From Aquidulcibacter sp. (GTDB lineage Bacteria; Pseudomonadota; Alphaproteobacteria; Caulobacterales; Aquidulcibacteraceae), in NCBI RefSeq assembly GCF_044346625.1, contig NZ_JBIIYV010000004.1:4467-68466 (forward strand): 64,000 nucleotides of DNA, in the 5' to 3' direction. Numbering within the stretch: the first letter of the stretch is position 1; each line of letters begins with the position of its first letter. Made by a program: the position numbers and the translations under genes. Of this stretch, positions 30,685 to 41,163 are shown piece by piece. Below the pieces are notes generated by a model that saw only the letters and a list, made by a program, of their open reading frames with translations, was not told where the DNA came from and searched no databases.

Positions 30685-31800
30685 TTAGGCCGCGTTACGC
30701 ATTTCAAGGCGGCGAACAAGTTTTTCTTTCCACAAAGATGGCGCACCGGCCTGCACTGCCAAGAGCTTGGCGCGTCGATAATACAGGTGGCAATCGACTT
30801 CCCACGTAAAGCCCATACCGCCATGGGTTTGGATGTTCTCCTTAGACGCCAGATAATAGGCGTCACAGGCGGCAATACGAGCGGCAGCGGCCGCTAAGGG
30901 CAATTCTGGTGCATCGCTGCTCAGCGCCCAAGCACCATAAAATGCGTTAGAGCGAGCGATTTCGAGCGCGACATACATGTCGGCTAACTTGTGCTTGATC
31001 GCTTGGAAGCTACCGATTTGGCGCGAGAAAGCATATCGGCCCTTGGCGTAATCAGTGGCCATATCTAGACAGGCTTGGCTGCCGCCGATTTGCTCAAACG
31101 CGAGAAGAACCGCCGCGCGGTCGTAAATGCGCTGCAAGAGCGCTTCGCCGTCACCAGCTTCCCCGAGGAGTTGGGCTGGGGCTTTGGTGAATGTTAGGGT
31201 CGCATGCGAGCGAGTTGGATCGAACGTCTTAATTGCCTTGGCCTCGACTCCTGCCCCGGTCAGATCGACAATCACGAGAGACGTGCCGTCTTGATGCTTG
31301 GCAAGTACCAAAGCGTGGGTGGCACAATCGCCATCGGTCACCGGCACTTTCATGCCCGTGACGCTGTTGCCGTCAAAAATTGTTTTGAGATTGGATGCCC
31401 GCGGCTCGCCAGGGCCTTCAGAAGCGGCAACACTACCGATCACGCCACCTTCGGCCAGCTTAGGCAGAATTGCAGCTTTTTGTGCGTCCGTGCCAGCAAT
31501 TTTGATGGCTTCAGCGAAGAAGTAAACCGTAGATGCCCACGGCACAGGGGCCAATGAACGGCCCATTTCCTCTGCCAAAACGCAAAGCTCAAGTTCGCCA
31601 AGGCCCAAACCACCGAATTCTTCCGGAATGGCAGCACCCAGCCATCCCATCTCAGCAATGGCTTTCCATAAACCAGCATCGTGGGATTTTTGCTCATCAT
31701 TCAGCACCGCGCGAACGACCGTCATGCTGGACTGTTCAGACAAGAACTTACGCGCTTGTTCTTTCAGATATTTTTGATCGTCAGAAAAATCGAAATTCAT
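30685..31800 (-). CDS. Acyl-CoA dehydrogenase family protein
   Basis: The start is trimmed to the ATG at 31800 (MNFDFSDDQ). The ACAD pattern is present (...QIGSFQAIKHKLADM..., IQTHGGMGFTWE). It lies 11 nt upstream of the second ACAD gene. Confidence 0.85.
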   Translation of the reverse strand: MNFDFSDDQKYLKEQARKFLSEQSSMTVVRAVLNDEQKSHDAGLWKAIAEMGWLGAAIPEEFGGLGLGELELCVLAEEMGRSLAPVPWASTVYFFAEAIKIAGTDAQKAAILPKLAEGGVIGSVAASEGPGEPRASNLKTIFDGNSVTGMKVPVTDGDCATHALVLAKHQDGTSLVIVDLTGAGVEAKAIKTFDPTRSHATLTFTKAPAQLLGEAGDGEALLQRIYDRAAVLLAFEQIGGSQACLDMATDYAKGRYAFSRQIGSFQAIKHKLADMYVALEIARSNAFYGAWALSSDAPELPLAAAAARIAACDAYYLASKENIQTHGGMGFTWEVDCHLYYRRAKLLAVQAGAPSLWKEKLVRRLEMRNAA

Positions 31801-31942
31801 GTGACGTGTGCCTCCCAAGGTCGCGGTAACGGCTTAGGCGCCGCCGCCTGTTTGTTTGGGAGCAGCATAAGCAAGTTTACGTGAACGGAAAGCCGTCACC
31901 TTAGGGAAGATCGCGTATTTGTGCGCAGTATCTGCAGCCCGC

Positions 31943-33955
31943 TTAGTTGCGAAACCCAGTTGTCGGGCGGGGCAGTGGCGAGCCAGCCGTAGACGTCGGC
32001 TGTCGCAGGCCAGCGGAAGCACCGGCCGCAGCAGCTAGCTTTTGCTGAGACGAGGCTTCAGACAGCATGGTTGTCTGTAATGGCTTCTCCAACTCACGCA
32101 TGCCGCGCAAACGCGTCGCAATTAGGCGTGGATCGGCTTCTCCAGTCTTGCGCGCATTGGAATTCGGGTCGGTAATGTCTGTCCCCGCCGCGCGTGGCAG
32201 TTTTGAAGGTTCTTGGTAGGTGAACTTGAAGCGCATGGTCGTCGCAACCGCTTCGCCGAACACGATCGCTTCCGCATTATCCAATGCCGACAAAAAGGAA
32301 ATTGTTGAGCCGCTGGAATCGGCGATGGCAGAGCGGATGATCTCTTGGTCGCGGTCATTGGCCAAACGCATCGCAAAAACGGTCGAACATTGCGACAGGA
32401 TGGTCGGATCAAGTTCACCGGGTCGCTGGGATACTACCGCGATGGAGCAGCCGTACTTCCGACCTTCTTTCGCAATCCGAGCAATGGCGCGTCGGGTTGG
32501 GATAAAGCCTGCGTTCGGGTCTTGCGGTACATAGCGGTGGGCTTCTTCGCAAACCAACAAGACGTGCAACTGGCCTTCGCTAGCATAAGCAACATCAAAG
32601 CATAGGCGCGCCAAAACTGACACCACAGCATTGGTCACATCCGACGGTAGCCCCGACAAGTTTATGATCGAAACTGGCTGGCCTTCAGCAGGCAGACGGA
32701 ACAAGCGCGCCAGAAGTGGCGCAAAATTGTCCTCCGCGCCCCCTCTAGTAAACATAAAGCCATAGCGGGGATCATTGACCAAAGCGTCTAGACGAACGCG
32801 CAAGGACTTCAAATGGTGACGTTCATGACGGGGGCTTAATAGACCAATGTTCTCATCGATGAGCTTGAACAATTCCGACATGCGATAGGGCATTGGGCTG
32901 TCGGCATTCAAGCCGCCAACATCTAAAGCCTTCCGCACGAGCCCAGCAGCCGTTGCACCTGTCTTCTCATTCTGGAAATTGGTTTTAGCTTGCGCCAAAA
33001 CTTCTCTCAGAATTTCCGCCTCTTCTGGAACGGGTTTACTGCGGAAGATCACATCTTCCAACTCTTCAAACCGGAACAACCAGAAGGGCAATTCGAGTGT
33101 CGCGGCGTCCAAGACTTGCCCAAGCGGCCCAAAGGCACCCGCGAATTCATTGTGCGGATCCAAGAGCATCACACGTAAATCAGGCTTCACGCTCAAACAT
33201 TGGCGTACCAATAAAGTCAGAGAGCATGACTTACCGACCCCCGTGGTCCCCACAACAGCGAAGTGGCGTGTTAAAAGGTCATTCACGCTGATGGTGGCAG
33301 GAATCTCGGCATTTTGCGACAAGCGGCCAACTTCGACGGATTTGCGGTCGCCGAGGTCGTGCATAACTTCAAGGTCGCGTGCACGGATTTTGTGCGCGAC
33401 GGCACCGACCTGAGGGTAGCGCGACACGCCGCGCTGAAAGCGCGTCCGGCCATGAGCATCCTCAGAAATCTCGCCCATGAGCTCAACTTGGACGCTGACC
33501 GAATTTTGGGCATTCATGTCCCAGACGGAACTATCCGTGCGCATCTCATAAACCAGCGCAACAACGCGAATCTTGCCAACCGTGATCGAAATCAAGCGCC
33601 CGACAGCCCAAAAGTCTGAGGATGATTCACTCAAATTGTCAGCCATGGTGGAGATGGTCGCGCGGGCACCGTTACAAAAGGTCACCCGACCAATCATGCG
33701 CTCCGTCGGCTGTTCCATGGCGCGACGTTCGAACACTTTGCGCTGGGCCTCCGCGTCGTCGCGGTTTAAGCCAGCAGCAACCAACCCGCCCTGTACCTGC
33801 GCAATGAGTTCAGCTGCACTGGTGGGATTGAGCGAGCGTGAGCTCACATTCGTCGGCATCTGAGCAAGCGAGGGCGGCGTAGATTGAGGGCGCGGACCGT
33901 TGGTAGCAGGACTGGGTGAGTCTGTTGATAGCCTAGGGTCGTGATCGAGCGCCAT
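31943..33955 (-). CDS. HerA/DUF87-type P-loop ATPase (orphan)
   Basis: ORF 31943..33994. The ATG at 33955 (MALDHD) has a GAGG SD. The protein has Walker A VVGTTGVGKS and Walker B HVLLVCEEAHRYV, with disordered N- and C-terminal tails. Confidence 0.7.
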   Translation of the reverse strand: MALDHDPRLSTDSPSPATNGPRPQSTPPSLAQMPTNVSSRSLNPTSAAELIAQVQGGLVAAGLNRDDAEAQRKVFERRAMEQPTERMIGRVTFCNGARATISTMADNLSESSSDFWAVGRLISITVGKIRVVALVYEMRTDSSVWDMNAQNSVSVQVELMGEISEDAHGRTRFQRGVSRYPQVGAVAHKIRARDLEVMHDLGDRKSVEVGRLSQNAEIPATISVNDLLTRHFAVVGTTGVGKSCSLTLLVRQCLSVKPDLRVMLLDPHNEFAGAFGPLGQVLDAATLELPFWLFRFEELEDVIFRSKPVPEEAEILREVLAQAKTNFQNEKTGATAAGLVRKALDVGGLNADSPMPYRMSELFKLIDENIGLLSPRHERHHLKSLRVRLDALVNDPRYGFMFTRGGAEDNFAPLLARLFRLPAEGQPVSIINLSGLPSDVTNAVVSVLARLCFDVAYASEGQLHVLLVCEEAHRYVPQDPNAGFIPTRRAIARIAKEGRKYGCSIAVVSQRPGELDPTILSQCSTVFAMRLANDRDQEIIRSAIADSSGSTISFLSALDNAEAIVFGEAVATTMRFKFTYQEPSKLPRAAGTDITDPNSNARKTGEADPRLIATRLRGMRELEKPLQTTMLSEASSQQKLAAAAGASAGLRQPTSTAGSPLPRPTTGFRN

Positions 33956-34145
33956 AATAACCTCACTGGTGCATTTCATGCCAACATGAGCCACTTTTAT
34001 CGTCCCAAAGTTAATTTGGCGTATTTCTCTGGCTTATAGTTTTATAGAGTCGCTTGAATTTCCGAAGACCTGAAGGGTTGCGCGGTGGCTCAAATTCAAC
34101 AAAAAAGTTTGGACAAGGTGACCATTGGCGGGCTAAGCCCCTCAA

Positions 34146-36800
34146 ATGCGCACTCAAGAACACATCCCCGTCCGTCTCCAAGACTATCGCCCGTACCCTT
34201 TTTCGATTTCGCACGCATCGCTGGTGTTTGACCTCCACCCCACGCGAACAATTGTGACATCGCGCCTGATCATTGATCGCAAACCCCATGAATGGGCCAA
34301 AGGCGAAGCGCTAAAATTAGATGGTGTGGGACTTGAACTCTTATCCGTCGAACTCAATGGCCAGCCGTTATCGGCACACGAGTATCAAATCGACGAAAAT
34401 GGGCTGACCCTGAAAAGCGTGCCGGATTCTTTCAAGCTAGAGACAAAAGTTGCCATCAATCCTGCGGCTAATACGGCTTTGTCAGGACTCTACATGTCTG
34501 CTGGACGCTTTTGCACACAGTGCGAGGCAGAAGGCTTCCGGCACATCACCTTTTGGCCCGATCGCCCCGATGTGATGAGCCGCTTCCACGTGCGGGTTGA
34601 AGCACCAGAGACTGACTTTCCCTCCCTCTTGTCCAACGGAAATCGCGTTGCCATAGGCACCTATGACGACGGCCGCCATTGGGCGGCTTGGGATGATCCC
34701 CATCCGAAACCATCCTATTTGTTTGCCTTGGTTGCAGGTGGCTTTGACACGCTCGAAGATCAGTTTGTGACCCGCTCGGGCAGAAATGTTGAGCTTTGCA
34801 TCTATGTCGATAAGGGCGCGGCCTCACGGGCAATCTATGCCATGGACGCGCTGAAGAGATCCATGAAATGGGACGAGGACGTCTTCGGTCGCGAATATGA
34901 TTTGGACGTGTTCAACATTGTAGCCGTCTCGGACTTCAATTTCGGGGCGATGGAAAATAAAGGCCTCAATATCTTCAATTCTGCGCTTTTATTGGCAGAT
35001 GAGACGACCGCGACCGATGCCGATTACGAAGCCATTGAAGCGGTTGTCGCGCATGAATATTTCCACAATTGGTCCGGCAACCGAGTCACGTGCCGCGACT
35101 GGTTCCAATTGTCCCTCAAAGAGGGCTTCACAGTATTCCGGGATCAAGAGTTTTCTGCCGATCAACGCTCTCGTGCCGTTAAGCGCATTAAAGATGTAAA
35201 GGCACTTCGAGCGCGGCAATTCCCAGAGGATTCAGGGCCCCTCGCCCATCCGGTCCGCCCGAAAAGCTATGTCAAAATCGACAATTTCTATACCGCGACC
35301 ATTTATGAAAAGGGCGCGGAGATCATTCGGGTCTTGCAGACGTTGGTGGGCCGAGATGCCTTTTTGGAAGGGGCGAACCTCTATTTTGCAGAAAACGACG
35401 GCACAGCTGCGACGATTGAAGACTGGCTGCACGCCATGCGGACCGCAACTGGCAACCAGCTTCATGGGATAGAGCGTTGGTATGATCAGGCAGGCACCCC
35501 CTGTTTGGAGGCGATCAGCGACTATGATGCGGCGAACCAAAAGCTAACAGTCCGCTTCAAACAATCGACACCGGACACCCCGGGGCAATCCTCGAAGTCT
35601 TGGGTGCCTCTGCCGATCTCTATGGCATTTTTCGGCCCCGATGGCGCACCCTTGCAACTCCATTTGGCCGATACGGACGTGGCAGCCGATGATTGGTTGA
35701 TCCCGATGGCGAGCAACGCTTTGGACCTTCATTTTGACAGGGTGATGGATCGCCCTGTGGTGTCCTATATGCGGGGCTTCTCGTCCCCTGTTCGCTTGAT
35801 CACAAACCACAGCGATGCCGATTTGGCGCTCTTAGCCGCGTGTGACACTGACCCCTTTGTTCGGTGGGAATCGACACAAACCATTGCACGCAACACGTTG
35901 CTTTCGGCGGCCAAAAGCCTTCGGGCGGGTCAGGAGCCGGAGGTAGCGCAAGACCTCGCGCGCGCGTTCCAAGGTGCCTTGGCCGATGCGACGCATGACC
36001 CAGCTTTCGCCGCTCTTTTGTTGCGATTGCCGGATGTAAGTGAATTGATGCAATTAGAGCCACTATGTGACCCATCCAATCTATTGGCTGCCCGCAACTT
36101 TGTGCGGCGACTCTTGGCAGAACAACTCGACGCCGAACTAGATGCTTGTTTTGCACTCTACGATCCGGCGCAAGCCTTTTCGGCTAGCGCGCAAGCGGCA
36201 GGCCAACGGGCTTTAATGGCCGCTTGTCTCGACCTTTTGAGCGCAAGCGGAACCGACCGTGCGGCCATGCGCGCCGAAAACACCTTCTTTGCTGCCCGCA
36301 ATATGACGGACATGATGAGCGCGCTCGATGGTCTCTCCCAATTTGGTGGGCCGCGTTATCACGCTGCTTTGGTTGCATTTAAAGAGCGGTTTTCAGACAA
36401 TGCATTGGTGATGGACAAATGGTTCCGCGTGCAAGCGATGGCCCTATGTGAAGACCCGCTGGCGACCTTTCAAACCTTGCGTGCGGACCCCGGTTTCACT
36501 TTGTTGAATCCCAACCGGGTGCGCGCACTTGGTGGGGCATTTGCGAGCGGTAATCCTGCCGCGTTCCACCACCCGGATGGGGCAGGTTATCAAGCCATTG
36601 CGGACCTCATAGCCGATGTCGATGGCACCAATGGTGCCCTCGCCGCCCGGTTGGGGACCGTGTTTGAATCCTGTTCACGCGTGAACGAGCCCCGACAGAG
36701 CTTGGCAAAGCAGGCTTTGCAAGCCTTGTTGGACCGCAATTCCCTTTCTGCCAATACCCGCGAAATTTTGTCGAAAGTCTATGACGGTTTGATCGCCTGA
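34146..36800 (+). CDS. pepN: Aminopeptidase N
   Basis: 884 aa. It has the GAMEN exopeptidase motif (FGAMENKG) and the zinc motif HEYFHNWSGNRVT...LKEGFT. Confidence 0.92.
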   Translation: MRTQEHIPVRLQDYRPYPFSISHASLVFDLHPTRTIVTSRLIIDRKPHEWAKGEALKLDGVGLELLSVELNGQPLSAHEYQIDENGLTLKSVPDSFKLETKVAINPAANTALSGLYMSAGRFCTQCEAEGFRHITFWPDRPDVMSRFHVRVEAPETDFPSLLSNGNRVAIGTYDDGRHWAAWDDPHPKPSYLFALVAGGFDTLEDQFVTRSGRNVELCIYVDKGAASRAIYAMDALKRSMKWDEDVFGREYDLDVFNIVAVSDFNFGAMENKGLNIFNSALLLADETTATDADYEAIEAVVAHEYFHNWSGNRVTCRDWFQLSLKEGFTVFRDQEFSADQRSRAVKRIKDVKALRARQFPEDSGPLAHPVRPKSYVKIDNFYTATIYEKGAEIIRVLQTLVGRDAFLEGANLYFAENDGTAATIEDWLHAMRTATGNQLHGIERWYDQAGTPCLEAISDYDAANQKLTVRFKQSTPDTPGQSSKSWVPLPISMAFFGPDGAPLQLHLADTDVAADDWLIPMASNALDLHFDRVMDRPVVSYMRGFSSPVRLITNHSDADLALLAACDTDPFVRWESTQTIARNTLLSAAKSLRAGQEPEVAQDLARAFQGALADATHDPAFAALLLRLPDVSELMQLEPLCDPSNLLAARNFVRRLLAEQLDAELDACFALYDPAQAFSASAQAAGQRALMAACLDLLSASGTDRAAMRAENTFFAARNMTDMMSALDGLSQFGGPRYHAALVAFKERFSDNALVMDKWFRVQAMALCEDPLATFQTLRADPGFTLLNPNRVRALGGAFASGNPAAFHHPDGAGYQAIADLIADVDGTNGALAARLGTVFESCSRVNEPRQSLAKQALQALLDRNSLSANTREILSKVYDGLIA

Positions 36801-36988
36801 CTTTCAGCCAGGTTTAGCCCCGAGACGCCGGCCAATTTTGTTGGGGGCGAACAGCCTGTTGTGCGCGGTGGCCTGTAAATTGTGCGAAAGGTTCACAGGA
36901 AGCTGAGCCCCCGCCCTAGACGTCGCGTTAAGAACTCCTTTACCCTTTCGGCAAATGAGGGTGAGATCCCTCTGATTCGGGTAAGTAA

Positions 36989-39406
36989 ATGGCCAAAGCG
37001 GCACCTAAAGACGACGAGATGAGCGGCCAATGGCCGGTTGCCATCACGCTTGTCTTATGCGCACTTTTTGCTGCGGTTATCTTGCTTCTGGCCAAGCGCG
37101 ATTATGATCGCTTTCACCGCGACGCCACCCATGAGGCTGCTTCTGAAGCCCGTCTAATTACGTCACAAATCGACGCTGCTATTCGAGAAGCGCGGGCCAG
37201 CTTAGTGGCGGCAAGTGGTCTTGGGATGGCCAATGGAGCGACCGTAGCTGCTACTGCACCGGGGCTACAAGCGGTTGCAAGCTTTGACAGCAAAGGTGTC
37301 TTGGTCTCGCAAGGCTCTGCTTCGTCCAGCGATATTGGGGCGTTGGCCGCCGCTGCCCAAATGGCCCAGACCGATGGTTGGAGTGGAGCAGTCGCATTAG
37401 GCGGGGGTCGCTATTCTCCAGCCATTTCCGTCCGCACCGTCGATGGCGGCGCATTGGCAGCTTTCGTAACCTTCAAAGGGCTCGATGCCCTTGGCCCCGG
37501 CCGGCGTGTCGGCGTTGGTGAACCCGGCGGCAACCTAATCTCTGTCCAGCCCGCCTTTAAGGCTGTTTCGACTCAAGGAGCCTTACCTGCCTTCGGCCTC
37601 AAATCGCCACCAGCGGCGGGCGCCGCTTTAGGCTTCTATGTCAGAGATGTGGATGGCCAAAACATCGTTGTAGGAACGGCCGTGGCGGAAAACGGCCTGA
37701 CTGCTTTCGTCTCGCGAGACCGTGGTCCCATTGAAGCAGCTTGGCTGCGCAGTGCCATCATGTTCGGCCTCTTGTTCTTAGGGCCAGTATTGGCAGCCGC
37801 CGGGATCTGGTTCTTGGTTCAAGGACAGTCAGAACGTTTTGCCTCGGCGCGCGTCCAAATGCGCGATGCAGAGCGGCGCTTACGAGTCGCGATTGAAGGG
37901 GCCCGATGTGGCGTCTGGGATTGGGACATCACCAACGACCGCGTCTATTTGACCCAACGTCTGGCTCAGAGCTTTGGTCTCTCAGGTGCCGGGCGATTTG
38001 ATACCCAAGAAGTCTTGCAGGCGTTGAGCGCCGAGGATCAAGCGCGGCTTCGTGCGGCCTTAGCTTCAGCCGCCCAAATTGGTATTTTGGATATTGTGGT
38101 CAAAATCACTCGGACCACAGGCGTAACACACGTCCAATTGCGCGGGCGCGCGGCGGTCGATCGACAACGACCTGGCAGCATTCGGGCGATTGGCGTGTCG
38201 ATTGATGTTTCAGAAGAACGTAACTCAGAGGCCCGTGTCGCCGCGGCCGAGCGCCGCCTTCGCGATGCGATCGATTCCATCTCGGGTCCCTTTGCGCTCT
38301 GGTCCAAGGATCGGCGCTTGATTCTGTGGAATGGCGGCTTCGCCAAGACCTTTGGCCTAGACGGAACAATCCTGCAGACCGGGGCGTCCTATACTGCGGT
38401 TTCTGCAGCGGCCGCCAAACGCGTAAAATCGCAACGGCCAGATCGATATGACGAATTGGCACAAGAAATTGAACTGGACAATGGCGTTTGGATTCAGCTG
38501 GTTGAACGGGAAACCTCCGACGGTGGGTTAGTTTCCATCGGTATTGATATCTCGCCGCTAAAGGAAACCGAAGAAAGCATCATGCGCTCTGAGCGGCAGA
38601 TGCGTTCGGTCGTGGTTGAGCTGGAGCGCTCTGAGCACAAGGCTTCTGAACTGGCTGAGAAGTATCGGACCGAGCGGCAACGCGCTGAAGAAGCGTCAAA
38701 TGCCAAGAGTGGCTTCTTGGCCAATATGAGCCATGAGCTGCGCACGCCGCTTAACGCGATCAATGGCTTCTCAGAGATTATGGTCCAACAGCTCTATGGC
38801 CCCTTGGGTGACCGCCGTTACCTCACCTATGCGACCGACATTCTCAACAGTGGAAAGCACTTGCTTGAGCTGATCAACGATGTGCTCGACATGGCAAAAG
38901 TCGAAGCTGGCAAGTTTAAGATCTATCCCAAGCCGATGGATTTGCAGGAAACGATTGAGCAAGCGATGCGTTTGGTACGCGGCCGGTCAGAGGAAAAAGG
39001 TATCGCCCTCGTTGGCGAGCTTGCAGAGGCCGGCGATGTGACCGGCGACGCACGGGCGATCAAGCAGATTATGATCAACTTGCTGTCCAATGCGATTAAG
39101 TTCACGCCGGAAAATGGTAAAGTTCTGGTACAGGTAAAGAACAATCTGGATTCGGTGATCATTCGCGTAATCGACAATGGGATCGGCATCAAAGCCGAGG
39201 ACTTGCCACGCTTGGCTCGACCGTTTGAGCAAGTTGAAAACGAACATGCTAGGTCCAATCAAGGCAGTGGCTTAGGCCTTGCCTTGTCGCGTTCATTTGC
39301 AGAGATGCATGGCGGCACTTTGACCATTGCATCTGAAGTCGGGGTCGGGACCATGGTGATTGTGTCCCTCCCCCGCTTGGCCGTCGCGCAGCAAGAAGCT
39401 GCCTAG
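36989..39406 (+). CDS. PAS-domain sensor histidine kinase (PleC/PdhS-like)
   Basis: 805 aa. Two TM helices flank a ~220-aa periplasmic segment, followed by PAS repeats. It has the H-box FLANMSHELRTPLNAINGFSEIM...GPLGDRRY, and the N, G1 (DNGIGI) and G2 (GSGLGL) boxes. From memory, the H-box region closely resembles Caulobacter PleC. Confidence 0.8.
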   Translation: MAKAAPKDDEMSGQWPVAITLVLCALFAAVILLLAKRDYDRFHRDATHEAASEARLITSQIDAAIREARASLVAASGLGMANGATVAATAPGLQAVASFDSKGVLVSQGSASSSDIGALAAAAQMAQTDGWSGAVALGGGRYSPAISVRTVDGGALAAFVTFKGLDALGPGRRVGVGEPGGNLISVQPAFKAVSTQGALPAFGLKSPPAAGAALGFYVRDVDGQNIVVGTAVAENGLTAFVSRDRGPIEAAWLRSAIMFGLLFLGPVLAAAGIWFLVQGQSERFASARVQMRDAERRLRVAIEGARCGVWDWDITNDRVYLTQRLAQSFGLSGAGRFDTQEVLQALSAEDQARLRAALASAAQIGILDIVVKITRTTGVTHVQLRGRAAVDRQRPGSIRAIGVSIDVSEERNSEARVAAAERRLRDAIDSISGPFALWSKDRRLILWNGGFAKTFGLDGTILQTGASYTAVSAAAAKRVKSQRPDRYDELAQEIELDNGVWIQLVERETSDGGLVSIGIDISPLKETEESIMRSERQMRSVVVELERSEHKASELAEKYRTERQRAEEASNAKSGFLANMSHELRTPLNAINGFSEIMVQQLYGPLGDRRYLTYATDILNSGKHLLELINDVLDMAKVEAGKFKIYPKPMDLQETIEQAMRLVRGRSEEKGIALVGELAEAGDVTGDARAIKQIMINLLSNAIKFTPENGKVLVQVKNNLDSVIIRVIDNGIGIKAEDLPRLARPFEQVENEHARSNQGSGLGLALSRSFAEMHGGTLTIASEVGVGTMVIVSLPRLAVAQQEAA

Positions 39407-39426
39407 CGCGTCACAGAACGTGCGCT

Positions 39427-40995
39427 TTAAGCCACCCGTCTTGAATGGCCAACCCAGTAAGGTTCACGCAATTCACGCCGGAGAATTTTGCCAGAAGGGT
39501 TACGTGGGAGCTCGGAGATGAAGTCCACGCTTTTCGGCACTTTATATCCTGCGATCCGCGCTTTGGTCCAAGCGATGATATCGGAAGGCTCTGCCGTTTC
39601 GCCGGGCTTCAACACGATAATGGCCTTGACTGCCTCGCCCCATTTCTCGTCTGGCACGCCGACAACCGCGACATCGGCAACGGCCGGATGGCCGAATACC
39701 GCGTTTTCGACTTCGGCTGGATACACATTCTCGCTCCCGGTCACGATCATGTCCTTCACACGGTCGTGGATATAGAGATAGCCTTCATCGTCAAAGAAGC
39801 CTGCGTCACCCGTATAAAGCCAGCCATCTTTGACGGTCGCAGCGGTCGCGTCAGGCCGGTTGAAATAGCCTTTCATGATGGTGGTAGAACGCATGGCAAT
39901 CTCACCTACTTCGCCCACCTCACAAGCACTGCCATCATCACGACGGCATTCAATCTCAAACCCGGGCCAAGCAATGCCGCACGAGCGCAACTTGCCGCGC
40001 GCCGGATCATGTGCTTCTGGCGGCAGATAAGTGCCAGCGCCTAAGCTTTCCGTCATGCCGTACAATTGGGTGAAGGAGCAGCCAAACGTCGCTTGGGCCT
40101 GCAACAACAAATCCTCCGCAATCGGGGAAGCACCGTAATACATCCGCTTCAGGGCCGAGAAGTCGGTTGGTATCTTGGAATTGACCTGGATCAGAATATT
40201 GATCACAGCAGGAACGACGAAGGCGTGGGCGATCTTTTCAACCGCGATCAAACGCAGGATTTCAACCGGGTCGACCTGCTCCAACACGACAGCCTTCGCA
40301 CCTTGGGCAACGCATAAGATGGCGCTGTTGATCCCGGCGACATGGAACATCGGCATGGCGATCAGAACAGCTTCACCCGCCTCATATTTCGCCCATTCCG
40401 CGCCAATGCCAAACTCAAAGAAGGACATATAGTTTTGGTTGGTGATCTGCACGCCTTTGGGTAAGCCTGTGGTGCCAGAGGTGTAAAGTTGAATGACATC
40501 ATCATTGGGCAAGCACGGCAGGCCGGGATCCTCTGACGAAGCAGCTTCATGCCAATCCTGATAGCTGGCCCAGCTTGCATGGCCACCATCAAGGGCCAGG
40601 GTCATCGGCTTATTGGTGGCATGATCTAGAGCTGCTGCGGCAATTTCATAAAAATGACTACCAACTAAAAAAACTTTGGCCTGACTATCGTCAAGCACGT
40701 AAGCCACTTCCGGCGGGGCCAAGCGCGCGTTGACGCCGACAAGGGTTGCGCGAGCCTTCACGCAACCAAAGAATAAGGCGAGGTAATGATCGGAATTTGC
40801 GCCATAAACAGCCACCCGATCATCCGGCTTTACGCCCAGATTGATTAGTGCCTGTGCGATTTGGTTAGCGATTGTGTCCAAGCGGGCAAATGTCGTCGTG
40901 CGATCCTTGAACGAGATGGCAATGCCGTCTGGACGGGCCGCAGCCTGTACGCGGGTGATGTCCGCAACCGATTTTGTGGCTTCAAAGTCAAACAT
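39427..40995 (-). CDS. AMP-dependent acyl-CoA synthetase/ligase
   Basis: The start is trimmed to the ATG at 40995 (MFDFEATK) with a GGGGGA SD. The protein has the AMP-binding motif LYTSGTTGLPKGV and the terminal motif PRNPSGKILRREL. Confidence 0.85.
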   Translation of the reverse strand: MFDFEATKSVADITRVQAAARPDGIAISFKDRTTTFARLDTIANQIAQALINLGVKPDDRVAVYGANSDHYLALFFGCVKARATLVGVNARLAPPEVAYVLDDSQAKVFLVGSHFYEIAAAALDHATNKPMTLALDGGHASWASYQDWHEAASSEDPGLPCLPNDDVIQLYTSGTTGLPKGVQITNQNYMSFFEFGIGAEWAKYEAGEAVLIAMPMFHVAGINSAILCVAQGAKAVVLEQVDPVEILRLIAVEKIAHAFVVPAVINILIQVNSKIPTDFSALKRMYYGASPIAEDLLLQAQATFGCSFTQLYGMTESLGAGTYLPPEAHDPARGKLRSCGIAWPGFEIECRRDDGSACEVGEVGEIAMRSTTIMKGYFNRPDATAATVKDGWLYTGDAGFFDDEGYLYIHDRVKDMIVTGSENVYPAEVENAVFGHPAVADVAVVGVPDEKWGEAVKAIIVLKPGETAEPSDIIAWTKARIAGYKVPKSVDFISELPRNPSGKILRRELREPYWVGHSRRVA

Positions 40996-41163
40996 ATTTC
41001 CCCCTAACACGGTTTGATACCGCGCCTATTTCTGGATATTGCCTGATGTAACGCGCCTAACTGTATTTGTCGCGTCGCATTTTGGTGAAGGACTGGTCGA
41101 ATACATTTGGCTCGTTAAAAGGAAACCAACTCATGCGCGAGTCGCTTGTCGAAGGATGTTCTC

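Noticed and set aside
34011-34289. 92-aa minus-strand ORF in the HerA/pepN divergent region.
   Set aside because: It overlaps the pepN start and the AT-rich promoter region. It has no SD and an unconvincing composition.
36928-36942. CtrA-box-like TTAAGAACTCCTTTA upstream of the PleC-like kinase.
   Set aside because: The second half-site is degenerate (TTTA, not TTAAC). It is a single occurrence with no supporting evidence.
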